From Cyanophora paradoxa CCMP329 (lineage: Eukaryota; Plantae; Glaucophyta), in NCBI GenBank assembly GCA_004431415.1, contig QPMI01000052.1, positions 1 through 57,314 on the forward strand: a stretch of DNA of 57,314 nt, given 5' to 3'. Below, piece by piece: positions 43,558 through 56,865 of this stretch (positions are counted from its first letter, which is position 1; the number at the start of each line of letters is the position of its first letter). Below the pieces are notes generated by a model. That model ran no database searches, had not been told where the DNA came from, and saw nothing but the letters and a program-made list of their open reading frames with translations. A program made the position numbers and the translations under genes.

Positions 43558-44041
43558 GGCACTAGGTGGCTACGGAATCGAACGCCCGACGGCCGAGTGC
43601 AGCCGTGAGCTCCGCGGAGATGAGCTCCGAAGCAGCTAGGGGGGTACCCGCGAGGCGACCAGCTGATAAATTTGATCCGCCGAGGCTTGGCCAAAATTGG
43701 CGGTTCTCGAGCTCGTTCCTTCGTCACTGCGCAGCCGCGCATGCACACACTTTCGAAATTTCCGCCGTGCTTCCTTCTTCTTCTTGCGCCGCACTTCCCG
43801 GGAGTCCCGCTCTGCTGCTCCGGCCGCGCGCACTGCCGGCGCCTAGGCCTTCACCGGCATCGCAAACGTACGCGTTAACTTCGCGATCGGCCCGGCGGCC
43901 AGCAGTGCGGAACCTCGGCGGCGCTTCATGGCGCCGTGCATTCCGAAAGTTCTGCGCACGCGCGGTGCGCTTTCTGCCCTGCGCTCCCTTGGAGGCGGGA
44001 TCCGAGCACCAGCGGGGCGCCGGCTGGTGCTGGCCATAGCC

Positions 44042-44094
44042 CATGGGACGCCCTCTGATCATTGTACATGGGACGCCCACTGATCATTGTACAT
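44042..44094. repeat. 25-bp tandem duplication in intergenic DNA
   Basis: catgggacgccc(t/a)ctgatcattgta occurs twice. Confidence 0.85.
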
Positions 44095-44246
44095 ACACGG
44101 GACGCTTCGCTGCTATAGAAATCCCTACCTACACTTCGTAATGCCTACCTGGAGCCCCTTGAAATCCCCAACCGTGCGGAGCGGAGAGGCGGGGGCCGGG
44201 CGGCGTCGCAGCGCCGCCAGACCGCCCGCGCGAGGCGCGGCCCGCT

Positions 44247-47200
44247 CTACACCTGCGGCCGCGTCTGGACCACGAAGAACTTGCCCTTGCTGAAGGCGCC
44301 TGCGCCCCGGCCCGCCCGTCAGCGGCGCGCGTGCGAGCGGGCGGGGCGGGGCGGGGCGGGGCGGGGGCGGCGGACCCTCGATGTCCTGCGGGCTCCCGAG
44401 CGTCTTCTCGATGGTGAGGCCGATCTCGACGACCTTGCACATGAACTCGTGCCGGAACGCGTCGTCCCACACCATCTGCGCGCGCCGCGGCTCGCCGGGG
44501 GCGCGGCCCGCCAGGGCGGGGGGCACGCCGCACCTTCTCGTCGCGGTACTCCACGGTGACCTCCCGCGGCGGCTGCGCGGGCGGGGGCGGTGGGCGGGGG
44601 TACGGCGCCGCGGGGCGAGCGCGGAGGGGGGTACCACGGCGAGGATGGAGTCGTAGAGGCCGGCGCCGGCGTACCCCTCGAGGTCCTCGCCGTTGGAATC
44701 GGAGCGGAAGATGATGCCCCCGCCGAAAAGCGCCGCCCCCTTGCTCGGGAACGCCAGCACCCGCGGGCTCTGCGTCCCCACGCCCCGCCCCATCAGCCAG
44801 CGGCCCGGCCCCGGTCCGGCGAGCCGGCGCGCCTTGGGCGTGTCCTTGCGGCAGGAGAAGGAGAAGGCGCGGCCGGGGTAGGCCCCCACCAGGGTCTCCC
44901 CCAGGCCCACCACGCACTCGGCGTAGATCTCGCCCCTGCCGGGCCCCCGCCGGTCGGTCGGGCGCGCGAGCGGGGGAGGGCCGGCGCAGCCGCCGGACGG
45001 ACCGATCCTGGGTGAAGGGGTTGACGGTGTGGATGACGTACGCGTACTCCGCCTCCACCACCTGCGAGGGGGACGAAGGAGGTGAGGCGCGGGGGGCGGC
45101 GGGCCGGCGCGGGGGGGGGGGGGGGGGGGGGGGGGGGGGCGGGGGCGGGCCTCCTGGACGAGGACGGCCATGATGACCTCGGTCATGTCGATGCCGGCCT
45201 TCTTCGTCGACATGTACGCCCGGTCGTTCCACTTCGACGCCCACACCTGCCCCCACGCCCTCAGCGGGAGAGGGGGGCGGGGGCGGGGGCGGGGGCGGGG
45301 GCGGGCCCGCTTGATGGAGGACCAGCCGTCGTCCCAGGAGGAGAGGCGGCCCCAGAGGCCGGCCTTCTCCATCACCCCCCGCACCGTCGGCGTCAGCTCC
45401 GCCGGCGCCCGCAGCGCCGTCGTCAGCTGCTTCAGCTTCGGCAGCACCTGCGGGGGGAGGGGGGAGCGTCGGCGCCGGCGGGCGGCGGGGCGGGGCGGGT
45501 GCGGGGAGCGGAGGGCGCGCCTCGCCGCGGTTGGCGTCGATCTGGGGGAGGAGCCTCCGGTACTCGGCGTGGATGTCCGCGTTCTCGGGGCTCTCCAGTA
45601 CCCTGCCGCCCCCCGCCTCACGCCGGCCCCAGCGCAGCGGCGGCGCGCGCCGCCCCGCGCACTTCTCGCAGACCCCGAAGGGCAGCGCGGCCGAGGCCGG
45701 CAGGTGGATCCAGTCCGGCAGCTGCCAGAGGCTCACGGGGGCCTTCCGGAGCGAGGCGAGAAGAAGGCGGGGAGGGGAGCCGCGCACCCGCCCGCGGAGG
45801 CCGTTGAGGTTGTTGGACTTGCCGCCGACGACGCCGTGCCCGAACTCGGTGGCGGGAATGGCGTACTTGGAGAACTTGGGCGCCGTGATCTTCTTGCGGG
45901 TCGAGTGGGGCGCGGGGCCGCCGTCGCCGGCGGGGCCGCCGTTCGCCGTGGAGCCGGCCGGCGCCTCGGCGACCTTGACGTCGCCGCCCTTGTCCTGCAT
46001 GATCACCCAGCGGCCCTGCAGCCGCTTCAGCGCCTCCAGCTCCTCTGCGCCCCGCCCCGCCCGGGCCCGTCAGCGCCTTGCAAACGGCGGCGAGGCGGGC
46101 GGGCCCCGGGGCCCCGCGCACCCTCGGAGAAGCAGGTGGCGAAGAGTACGTGCTGGTTGCGCGCCCGCACGGCGCAGTGGGAGAGGATGTCCGGCTGCCC
46201 CCGCCGCCCCGCTCGAGGCGCGCCGCGGGCAGAGGGGGCGCGGGGAGGGGACCTGGTCCGGGGTGATGCAGGCGTTGACCGAGTCGGGGATCTCCTCCTC
46301 GCCCGTGATGCGCCCCGCGATGAGCACCTGCGCCCCGCGCCCGCCCCCTCACCCCGGCCCCGCCCGCCGCGCGGGGCGCGCGGGGCGCGGGGCGGCGCAC
46401 GGTCGCCCGCTCGTAGACCTTCTCCTGCACCTCCGCCAGCGTCGGAACGTACTGCGGCTCCCGGTGAGCGCCGCGCGGCGGCCCCGCGGCGCGGCGGGGG
46501 GCCCCGCGGCACCTCGAGGAAGCCGGCGCCGGAGCCGGGGCTGATGATCTGCCAGTTGCCCATGTCTGCCTTCTTGCGGAGGATGGGGTCGAACTTGCCG
46601 AGGAGCGCCGAGAGGGAGAAGAGCGGGCTCCCGCGGATGATCTCCTCCGTGAAGAGCTTGACGACCCAGCGCTCCAGCCCGAAGCCGGCCCCCAGGTACT
46701 CCGCCTTGGGCTGGATGTGCGACTGGTAGCGCTCCACGAAGAGCCCGAGCACGCGCTTCACGCGGTCCAGCACGGCGCGCAGGTGCAGCAGGCCCGTCCC
46801 CGTCTCGAAGCTGGTCTTCGAGAGGCGCTGCAGCTCCGCCAGGCAGTCCCAGAAGTCCGCCCGGTCCATCGAGATCCTGCCCCCGCCCCCGATCAGGGTT
46901 GGGCGAGGGGGCCGGCGGGGCCGGCGGGGGGCGCACGCGACGTTCTCGAGGACGAGGTTGATGAGGTGCAGCAGCGTCCGAAAGTCCTTCCCGTCCAGCC
47001 GCATCCCTGCGTCCCGCCCGCGGGCCCCGCTGAGCGCGCGCAGGCCAGGAGGGCGGGGGCGGGGGCGGGGCGCGGGGCGGCACCCTCGATGATGACGCGC
47101 AGGTGCTCCTCGATGGAGAGGTCCAGGAACAGCAGGTCGCGCAGCCTGCGCCGCCGCCGCGTTAGCTGCCGGCCGGCCTCCGCGGGCGCCCCCGGGGAGG

Positions 47201-50200
47201 AACGGTTTGGGGGGCGGCGGCGGCGGCTCGGCCGGCCCCTGCGCCTGCTTGCGGGCGTCCCTGCCCTTCTCCCGCCCCTTCTCCTTCTCCTGGCTCTTAG
47301 GGCCCCGATGCGGCTGATCGGAGGGCGCGCTGTCCCCGCCGACGGCGGAGCCGGGCTCCGGCGGGCCCGACGCCTCCCGAGGCGCCTCTGCTGGCGCCGC
47401 GCCGTCCTCGGCCGCGGGCGGGGAGGGCGCGGGGCCGGCCGGGTCGGCGCCGAACGCGCAGGGCCGGCTCATCTCCTTCCCATAGCGGTGGCCCCGCGGG
47501 CGCCCGGCCGGCCCCGGGGGCGGCGGCCCGTAGAGCGGGATTCTGGAGAAGGGCCGCCGCAGTTAAACCCGCCGCCGGCCTCCATTCCGAACAGCACCGC
47601 GGGGCCTAGCCCGCCCCGCCCCGCCCGCCCCGCCCGCCGCCGGCCCGGCCCCGGTGCCCGGACGCCCTATCGCGGGCGGGGCCAGGGGGGCGCACGGTCC
47701 GGAGGCGGCCTTCTTAAGGAGGCCGGAGAGGTTCCTGCGGAACTCCGCCACGCGGCCCAGCTGCGCGACCTGCGGGGGAGGGCGCGTCACGGGCCCCGGG
47801 GCGCGGGGGCGGTAGCGGGGCGGGGCGGGGCGGGGCGGGGCGGGCCTGGTCGGAGGAGTTGCGCTGGGAGAGGATGCCGTCGAGCTGCTTCTGCAGGCCC
47901 CCGTCCAGCGCGTACCTGCCCCGCCGCCCCGCCGCCTCGGCCAGGGGCGCGGGCGGAGGCGGGGCGGCGGGGCGCACCGGCTACTGCCGGCGACGGTGTC
48001 CATGTCCGTGCCCGAGTGCACGGACTTGAGGACGCGCAGGTACTCCTCGAACTCCCTGCCCCGCCCCCCGTCGGCCCCGGCCGCCGCGGCGCGCCCGGGT
48101 GCGGCGCACCGGATCAGGTTGTCCTTCTTGTCGCCGAAGAACTCGGGCGGGGTGCGGATCGCGCGCTCGTAGCTCGCCTGAGAGCGGCGGGTCGGCGGTG
48201 GATGGCACGCGGGTGGGCGGGGGAGGCCCAGGCAGGCGCGGCGCACCATGCGCTCCTTGGAGACGCCGTTCTTCTCGAGGTAGCCGTAGAACTCGCCGAG
48301 GTTCCCGTTAGTGCGCAAAAAGACCAGGTACGCCTCGCAGATCGGCACGTCGTCCGGCGTCGCTGCCGGCCCCGTCAGCCGCCGCTCGGGGGGTCGCGGG
48401 GCGGGCGGGCAGGGGGGCGGGGCCCACTGTTGTTGTGCAGCTTCTGGTGCCACTCCTCCATGAAGGTGCCCCCCCGCTCGGGCAGGTCTGCCGGCGCGCC
48501 TCAGCCCGGGGCCCCGGGGCGGGCGGGGCGGCGCCGGCGCACGGTTCCTGTGCATGATGTGGAGGATGTCGTCGCGGATGCGCTGCCCGTTGCCGCCGCC
48601 CTTCGCCAGCGTCGTGTACATCAGGCGCACCCACTGCGCCGGCCCCGTCAGGCCCGCCCTGGGCAGGAAGCGGGCGGGAGGGGGCGGCGGCGTGCCTCGC
48701 GGTTGACGGGGTTCTGCGCGTACAGGTCCGCGAGGCGGCCCGTGAGCGAGTCCTGCGACGCCGCCAGCTCCCTGCCAGCCCCGTCAGAGGCGGCGCGGCG
48801 GGAGGAAGGGGCGGGCGGCCGGGCGCACCGGGGCTTGGTGTTGTAGCGGCGCTGCCAGTCGAGCTGGCGGATGTACGAGAAGCGGAGCCAGGTGAAGAGC
48901 ATAGCCAGCCGGTGCGGGTCCCCCTGGCACCTGCACGCCCCCGCCGGCGCCTCAGCGGGGCGGCGGCCCATGCGGGGCGGGGCGGGGCGGGGCGGGGCGG
49001 GGCGGCGGGCCTGTCGAGGAGGCCGTTACACATATTGAAGCGGTGCATGAGGGTCCAGGAGCTGTAGTTGACCTCGGCGTTGATGATCTCGTCCGCGACC
49101 TCCCGGTCGATCCCGTCCGCCTCGTTCACCGCCTTGGCCGGCTCCGGCGTCTTCACCGCGATCAGGAAGTTGGCGCCCTTGTTCTTCAGCCACCGGTTGC
49201 CCTGCCCCGCCCCGGCCGCGCCGCCTCAGCGCCGCTGCGAGAAGAAAGGAAGGAAAGGAAGGCGGGGAGCGCGGCGCGCCTTCTCCTCCTTGACGACGAA
49301 GCACATCGCGGCGGGCGCGGCGTCCTCGGGGATGTCGAACGTGATCGTCGACACGCCGATGCGATCGTCTGGAGGAATGTCAGGGAGGTCGAGAAGAGGC
49401 AGAGAGGAGAACAAAAAGGACGGACCGCGGGCCGGGAAGGCCGTCTGGCACGCCTTGTCGTCGAACTGGCGGGTCTTGGGCGGGCGGATCGGCTCGGGGG
49501 CCAGGACCCAGTCGCTTTTCCTCTTTGGCGCAATGCCCCAGTGCAGCACTGTCGCTCCCGGTCAGCGCGCAGCGCGAGGGGCGCGCAGCAGCGGGGCGCG
49601 CCAAGCTCGGCCTCCGAATCTGTGGCCGCCACGATGCGGATCGAGTTCTCGTTCTGCGCGAAGCAATTTCAGCACCGGAGAAATGACGCCCGTCCGCGAG
49701 GCGCTGGCTGCAGCCGCGAGGAGCGAAGCGGTGGGCGGGGCGGCCCTGCGCACCCTCCGCACGTACACGTCGAGGTTGCCGAGCTCGTCGTCGAGCACGA
49801 ACGAAGAAATCTCGCAGTCCTCCGTCTTGAAGTTCTCGCGGTACGCGGGCAGCTTGGACTGCGGGCGGGACGGCTCAGCTCGCGGCCGATTCGAACAGCG
49901 GGCACGAAGGCCGGCGCGCACCTTCTTTGGCGGTTGGAACTTCACAACGAAGTTGTTCCCGCGGTTCTTGAGCCAGCTGTTGCCCCTGGACTGCAAGTCA
50001 GGGCGCGCGGCCGGAGACGGACAGCGTAGCGCGCCTCTTCACGACAAAAGTGATTCCGAGCGGCGCATCGCGCTGCTTCACTTGGAAAGTCAGTGAGTAC
50101 TGTTTTCCTCGCTCTGCGCGTACGCGCAGTGTGAGCCGAGAGCGAGGGACCGAGCGACGGGGACGTCAGATCAAAGGGCACTTGCCGTCCTTCGTGAACG

Positions 50201-50526
50201 GTGTCTGGCACGCGAGCTTGTCGAATACAACCGATCCAGGGGGCCGGATGCTCTCCGGCGATTGCTGCCAGTCTTGCGGAGACTTCAGCGCGACGCCCCA
50301 GTGGCAGACTGCGGGGGCCGATCGGATGAACCCCCGCGTACTGGAGGCGATCGTACGAACCGCAGTTGTCGAGATCTGTGCGCAGCAGAACCTGGAGCAC
50401 GTCCTCGCGTTGCCGCAGGGTTGTGTCCAGCTTGGAGTTCTCGAGCGGGTAGGAGACCGTTCCGAACTCCTCCCAGTCTTCTTCCTCTGCAAGATCGAGC
50501 CGACTGCCATTAAGGAGACTGCCCAT
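44247..50526 (-). CDS. GWD: Alpha-glucan, water dikinase (multi-exon)
   Basis: Two CBM45-like HWG-W-P-PP domains, SSWTLMHRFN, WLRFS-IRQLDWQRRYNTKP, GQRIRDDILHIMH, phosphohistidine PDILSHCAVRARN, VWASKWNDRAY, IFRSDSNGEDLEGYAGAGLYDS, QDIEG, VVQTRPQV-stop. Confidence 0.97.
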
Positions 50527-50747
50527 GATCGCTGCGGCGCTCCCTAGGCTCTCCGCTGCGTTGCCTCTCGCTCCTCGACCTCACGACAGCTGCGCGCCCG
50601 CGGTTGATCAAGCGGTCGCCTGCGCGACGCGAGGCGATCTCTCGCACCTCTTCCGTCCTGCTGACGCCGGCTCCGGCTCTGGGTACGGCGGTAAGTGTGC
50701 AAAGGGGGTACTCGTTCGCGCAGAAGGGCAGGTGGGACTTCTGCAGT

Positions 50748-53700
50748 ATGGCGTTCGCAGGCCTTGGAGTGCCCTGTTTGGGACACGGGCTAGCACCGCA
50801 GACGCGCCCCGCCGACCCTCCTGCGTGCTGCGTGCCTCCCGCCGAGCGCCCATCGAGCGGCGCGGAGCACGTCAGGGGGCAGCGCATTGCGACCGTCTTT
50901 GGCACCAGCGTCGGTCATCGGCCCGTCTTCGGGCGTCAGATTAGGCTAGGCAGGTCGCAGCAAGACGCTGACCGCGAATCCGATGCCGGCTTGCAGCCTC
51001 GCTGCGAGGCGCAGCGCCCCCCCTGCGGTAGCTATGTGGTCGCGGGAGCGATATCAATCAGCAGAGCCGAAGTAGCTGAGACGCCTGCGCCGGAGCCGCC
51101 GAACCGCGAAGGTACGCACGCACGCCTAGATTCGTCTCCGAATCCGCCGGCGCGCGCCTCCGATCCATCCTAAATCTCCCGCAGTTTCGCTGCGTCAGCT
51201 CGTTGCCCTCCTTCTTCTGGCCCAGAGCGATGCCGAACGCGTCTCAATCCTGGAGGCGCAGCCGGCCGTGCGGGGGTTCCTCGCGCGGGCGCGGCGTCAG
51301 GCAGTCCGGGACTTCGCGCAACAGCTGGACGTGCAGCACAAGCTCATATTCTATAGCGTCATCGCGCTGGGCCAGGGCGCGAACATGCTGGCCGGTTCGC
51401 ACCGGCTGCGGCGGGGGGAGCTGATGGCGCGCCTGGGGGACCTCGTGCGGGCGCTGGAGCCGGTGCAGAACTTCTACGCGGACATCGGCGGCGTGGCGGG
51501 GTACCACCTGAAGGTCCTCGACCTCATCGCCGCGCACGAGGGCGGCGTGAGCCACGGCGGCGAGGACATCGCCGCCTGCCCCGTCCAGCACGGCGAGGAG
51601 GTCGCCGCCGCCGCCGCGCTCCTCTCCGCCAGCGGCGCTGGCAGCGGTCTCCTCGGCCGCACCAGCAGCACCTCGGCCGCCGGCGTCGAGGAGACCGTCC
51701 GCTTTGACGCCCCGCCCCTCGTCGACCTCCGCAGCGGCGCTGCCGCCGCCCGCCTCTCTCCCTCGTGGGGTATCGAGCACATGTCCGAAATCTGCGAGCT
51801 GTACCCCCTCGGCGGCGCCGGCGACCGCCTCGGCCTGGTCGACCCCGTCACCGGTACCCCGCCCCGCTCCGCCCCGCCCGGGTCACCGCGCCGCTGACGC
51901 GGCGGGGGTCAGGGGCGTCCCTCCCGGCGGCGTGCCTGCCCATGCAGGGCCGCTCGATGCTCGAGATTATGCTCCGCGACCTGACGGTACCCCGCCCCTC
52001 CCCATTCCTTTTCCCTCCTTTCCGGCGCGAGCCCCGCGCCCAGGGCCGCGAATACCTCTACTACAAGTGCTTCGGCGAGATAACGCCGACCCCCGTGGCC
52101 GTGCGCGCGTACCCCCCGCCCCCGAAGGCCCCGCCGAGGCCCCCCCGCAGATCATGACCTCTCACGAGAAGGACAACCACGCGCACGTGACCCGCATGTG
52201 CGAGGTGCGGCACAGGGTGGGCGGGCGGAGGGACGGGAAGGCGCCGAGCCGCCGGCGTCTGACCCGAGCGCCCCGGCGCCCCGCCTCGCTCGCAGGAGGC
52301 CGACTACTTCGGGCGGCCGCGGGAATCGTTCTTCTTCTTCACGCAGCCGTCCGTCCCCGCCGTCACCAGGTCCGCCGCGGCCCCGCCAGGCGGGGGCGAG
52401 GGCGCCGGCCGGGCCTCACGGGCGGGCAGGGAGGGGGCGTGGCTCTTCCAGCGGCCGGTCTCGCTGGTGACGAAGCCGGGGGGGCACGGCGTGGTGTGGC
52501 GCCTGGCGCAGCAGGCCGGCCTCTTCGAGTGGCTCGCCGCCCAGGAGCGCACCAAGGCCCTCATTCGCCAGGCGAGCCGGCCCCCGCCCCGGCCCCCCGC
52601 GCCCCTGACGGCGGCCGCAGATCAACAACCCCATCGCCGGCGTCGACGCGCTCCTCCTCTCCCTCGCCGGGGTGCGCCCCCGGCCGGGCTCCTTCGTCTC
52701 GCACCCCTCCCACTCGGCCGGGCCTGACGGCCGCCCGGCTCGCGGTGCAGGTGGGGTGCCGGCTGAACAAGTCGTTCGGGTTCGCGGCGACGGAGCGGGC
52801 CAAGGGCGCCTCGGAGGGCGTCAACGTCCTCGTCGAGCGCCGCGTCGTGCGCCGCCCCGCCCCGCCCCCGCCTTGCCCGGCTGCAGGCCTGCCTAACGCC
52901 TCGTCCTCCCCCGCCCGCCCGCCCGGCAGGTGGACGAGGAGGGGTCGGAGCGGCACGAGTACGCGGTGACCTGCGTCGAATACACAGACTTCGCCAAGTT
53001 CGGCATGGCCGACGGCGCGCCGGCCCCGCCCCGCCCCGCCCGCGCCCTCTGACGCCGCCGCCGGCTCGTCCGTCGCGCAGACGCGGAGAGCCTTGAGCTG
53101 CCCTCCAACGCGAACCTGCTCTTCGCGGACCTGGGCGTGGTGGAGCAGCTGCTGCGGCGCCCCGGGGCGGGGCACCCGGGCCTCACAGTGAACCTCTCGA
53201 AGCCGCTGAAGTACACGGACGAGGCGGGGCGCGCCGCCGAGGCCGCCGCCTGCCGCCTCGAGTCCACCATGCAGGCGAGCCCGGCCCCGGGCTCCGCCCC
53301 CGCCCCCCGCCCCCGCCCCAGCTCACGTTTCGTGCGCGGGCAGAGTATCGCGGACTACATCGTGGAGGAGAGCGAGGGGCCGCTGCCGGCGGGGGCGGAG
53401 CGGGACGAGCGCGTGCCGACCTTCGTCCTCTTCGACGAGCGCCGCCGCGTCACCTCCTCCGCCAAGAAGAGGCCCGCCGCCCTCCCCCGCTCCGCCCCAG
53501 GGCTCCAGGCTGAGAGAGGGCGCCCCGACAGGTTCGCGCCGGAGAAGGGGGCCGTGATGCAGACGCCGGAGCGCTCGTTCTACGACTCGCTCCGCAACGC
53601 CCGCGAGCTCCTCGCCGACCGCTGCGGCGTGGACATGCCCGAGGTCCGCCCCCCTCCTCGCCTGCCGGCCGGGCCCCCCCCCGGGCCGATGCGGCGCCTC

Positions 53701-54668
53701 AGGTACCGCCCTTCGACGAGTACGTGGCCGGCGGACTCCGGCCCCCGTTCCTCGTCTGGTACCACCCGGCCCTCGGCCCCACCTACGAGGTCCCGCCCCC
53801 GCGCCCCTCTCCCCGGCGTCGCCGCCGGCGTCCGAGGCGCGGGGCCGGGGGCAGGTGATCGGGCAGAAGGTGCGCGGGGGCCGGCTGGCGCCCGGGGCGG
53901 AGCTGCGGCTGGAGGTGGCGGAGCTGGAGGCGCGGGGCCTCGACCTGGAGGGCTCCTTGCTCGTCGAGGCGGAGAACGTCGTGGGGGCCCCCGAGCGCCC
54001 CGGCGGGCCCGTCCGCATGGACGACGCCCGCGCCGGCCGCTGCACCCTCCGCAACGTCCGCGTCCGCAACGCCGGCGTGCGTTACGACGCCCCCGAGAGC
54101 TGCTTCTGGCAGGTGCCGCCTGCCCCCGCCCCGCCCCGCCCCGCCCCGCGCTGTGCCCCGCGCGCCCCCGCCGCCTTGGCCCGAGCGGGCGCCCGGGCAG
54201 GCGCGGGTCACGCGGGGCGAGCGGGCGCTGGTCCGCATCCGCGGCAACGGCGAGTTCCACGCCGAGGACGTCACCCTCTCCGGCGACGTGGTGCGCCCCT
54301 GTACCCCCTCCGCGCCCTGTACCCCGGCGCGCCGCCTGAGGCGCGGGGCGCGGCAGGTCTACCAGGTGCCGGACGGGTGCAGGGTGTCGGTGACGGCGGG
54401 GCCCGACGGGCGGCCGGCGGTCACCACGGAGCGCCTCGCGGGGGGCCCGACCTGGCGCTGGGGGTACTGGATCGAGCGGGGCCACGTGCGGGTGGCGCGG
54501 GAGGAGAGGGGCAGCCCGGCCTTCTCCGCGGCCGAGGAGCTGCGGGCGCTGACCGCCTCGCTCGTCGCCCGCGCGCGCCCGCCCCGGCGCGAGCCGGCGG
54601 CATCGGCCCTCGGGGGCCGCCTTCGCTCCCGCGGCGCCGAGCTGAGCCTAGCCTCTGCCGCCCTGTGA
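50748..54668 (+). CDS. UGP3: UGP3-like UTP--glucose-1-phosphate uridylyltransferase with a predicted plastid transit peptide (multi-exon)
   Basis: FYADIGGVAGYH, ELYPLGGAGDRLGLVD, LPAA-L---GR---E--LRDL|QGREYLYYK, IMTSHEKDNH, KPGGHGVVW-LA, IRQ|INNP, RLESTMQ, TSSAKK, QTPE-SFYD. The N-terminus is MAFAG. Confidence 0.9.
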
Positions 54669-55195
54669 CGGGCTGCGTCCTCGCCACGGCCGCCCCACTT
54701 TTCCTTAGCAACTGCCCTCGTCCCTCCCTCAGCGTCTCTGCATCATTCTTTTTGACTCTGTTCGGCTCCGCAGCTCAGCGGCTTTGAGCCATGTATTTTA
54801 GGTTTGTAGAATCGTAGCCATGTTCTCTAGCTCTTGGATAGCTGATGCTATGAGCTTGACATCGTAATTTAACTTCGTAATTCTGAAATCTGGATTCGGA
54901 ATTTGCAGCCGCTGATCATGAGCGCGCTGTATCTCTTGCGCTCGCGCTCGCGCAGCGGCCTTGTGCATGCAACATGCGGCCCGGCGCCGCGGCGCGCGCG
55001 GCCGCGCCAGGCGCCAAACAAGTGCAAGCACGACCAAATTTAAAATCGGACCAAACCTAGCTAGGGGGCGTACACGATTACAGCACAAGGCCGGCATCCA
55101 GCCTGGCACTGCGGCAGCGTGTAAGCTACTGAGCTTCCAGCTTGTAAACGTATACCGCGGGAATAGCTGCGAAGACGAGCTGCAGCTGCAGGGCG

Positions 55196-56400
55196 ATGAG
55201 GGACGCCGATATCGATCGGCCCATCGGGGGCGCAGCAACGACCGGCCAACACGTCGCTGATCGTGGCAAGTCGACGCACAAACGCGGCGAAAACGATGAA
55301 GCTGATGAGGACGCGGTGCTTGAGAGCCCGCGGAAGCGGCCTGCCCGCGGATCGGCCGAGGATAGCGCCGGCAAGAAGCGGACGCGCGGCCAGACGCGAA
55401 GAAGCGAGGCTGCACAAGAGCGTGAGGTTCACAGCTTTCATTTAACCGTCGCCTCTCTGGGTTTCTTGGCATTTACACTGGAGCGCATGCGCAGCACCTC
55501 GGACTGGAACAGCCGCTGGAAGGACGAGAATCAGAGGAGACCATGCCATCTAACGTAGAGCTTAGCTATGACGTGCGCCACGCCATGCCGCCTGGCGCTT
55601 CCCTAGAGGGCGGCCGGCCGCGCTTGATCGTTCGAGGCGCCCCCGCGACGCGCGCAGGTCGGGGCGATAGGCGAGGAAGACCCGGCCACCAGGCCCCGGG
55701 CAGGCCCGCCGCCCTCCGCTGACGACGTCGCGACGGCCCACGCCGGAGAGGTGCGCTGACCCCGCGGGGCCCGTCGAGCCCCGCCCGCACCTGAGAATTT
55801 GATCCGGCGGGGGTGGGCGGCAGCACCTGGGCCTGGAGCAGCCGATCGAGGGGCGGGAGGCGGACGAAACTGTCCCCGCGCCCCTCGACGACTACGCTGA
55901 AGAAGAGGAGGAGGAGGGGAGCGAGGCGGGGCGCGCGCCGGCCGCCCCCGAGCAGAAGCCGCGCCGCCTCCGCCACGAGGAGCCCGACGGGCGCCCCGGG
56001 GACGGGCAGCACGGGCGCCGGCACGAGGAGCGGGGGCAGGGGCCCGAGGAACACCGCCCGGCCCCGGAGACCTCCTCCGCGCGGCGGCCGCCCACGAGTC
56101 CGAGGTGCCCGCCGCGCCGCCCGGCCCGGCCTCCGCGGCCCCGGGGCGGCTGGCTGAGGGGCGGGGCCAGCACCTGGGGCTGCAGCAGCCGCTGGAGGGG
56201 GTCGAGGCGGACGAGGCGGCGCTCTCCGACGTCGAGCGCGCCTATGACGTGCCCCGCCCCCCGCCCCGCCCCCCGCCCCGCCGCACGCGGCACGAGACGC
56301 CCCGCAGGAGTCCGAGGCGCTGCGGGAGTGACTCGGGTGGAGGCCTCTGCGGGACTCACCGAGGCGGCGTTCGCCCGCCTTGGTCAACTTTCTTGTTCAA
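55196..56400 (+). CDS. Possible low-complexity charged hypothetical protein, possibly degraded
   Basis: Open charged segments with NLS-like PRKRP/KKR and a twice-repeated QHLGL-QP-EG-EADE motif; exon structure unresolved. Confidence 0.3.
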
Positions 56401-56865
56401 AATCATCAAATCAGATCACCTTGTGTTGGCAAGCTTAAGGCGCGCGGCCAGTGCATTGGTGCACGCGGCAAGTTGACTGGCAATTGCAATGCGTGAGGCT
56501 CCGTGAGCAATGCGGTACCACGGTAATTCACATTCGCTATAGCTAAATCTACCGCGGCCCGCGCACAGTTATCGTGGCACGGCCCCCAGGCCTGGCCCAG
56601 ATCTAGATTTTCGGTCCTTCTCAAGTTTTCCGAGATTAAGCAGCAGCAACTTCAAATGCAGAATCGGAATTGACTGAGTGATGATCAGTTCCAATTTTCA
56701 GGACTCGGGACGATCGATATCCTAATCGAGTATTCTGATTTCGCATGTGCATGCTCATGATCAAGTCTTCAAGTGACTCATCCGTGGCGTCGGCATCTCC
56801 GAATAGAATGCGACCTTTCCCGGGAACCTGCCGCGGACTGGCGCCGGCCCGGCGCGCGCCGGCCG

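Noticed and set aside
45110-45140. Long poly-G tract (and poly-C near 33405-33434)
   Set aside because: Intronic homopolymers of unreliable length; no independent evidence of function.
29700-56500. Numerous long Arg/Pro/Gly/Ala-rich ORFs in the six-frame track
   Set aside because: Artefacts of extreme GC content and read-through of introns; the real genes are spliced from short exons.
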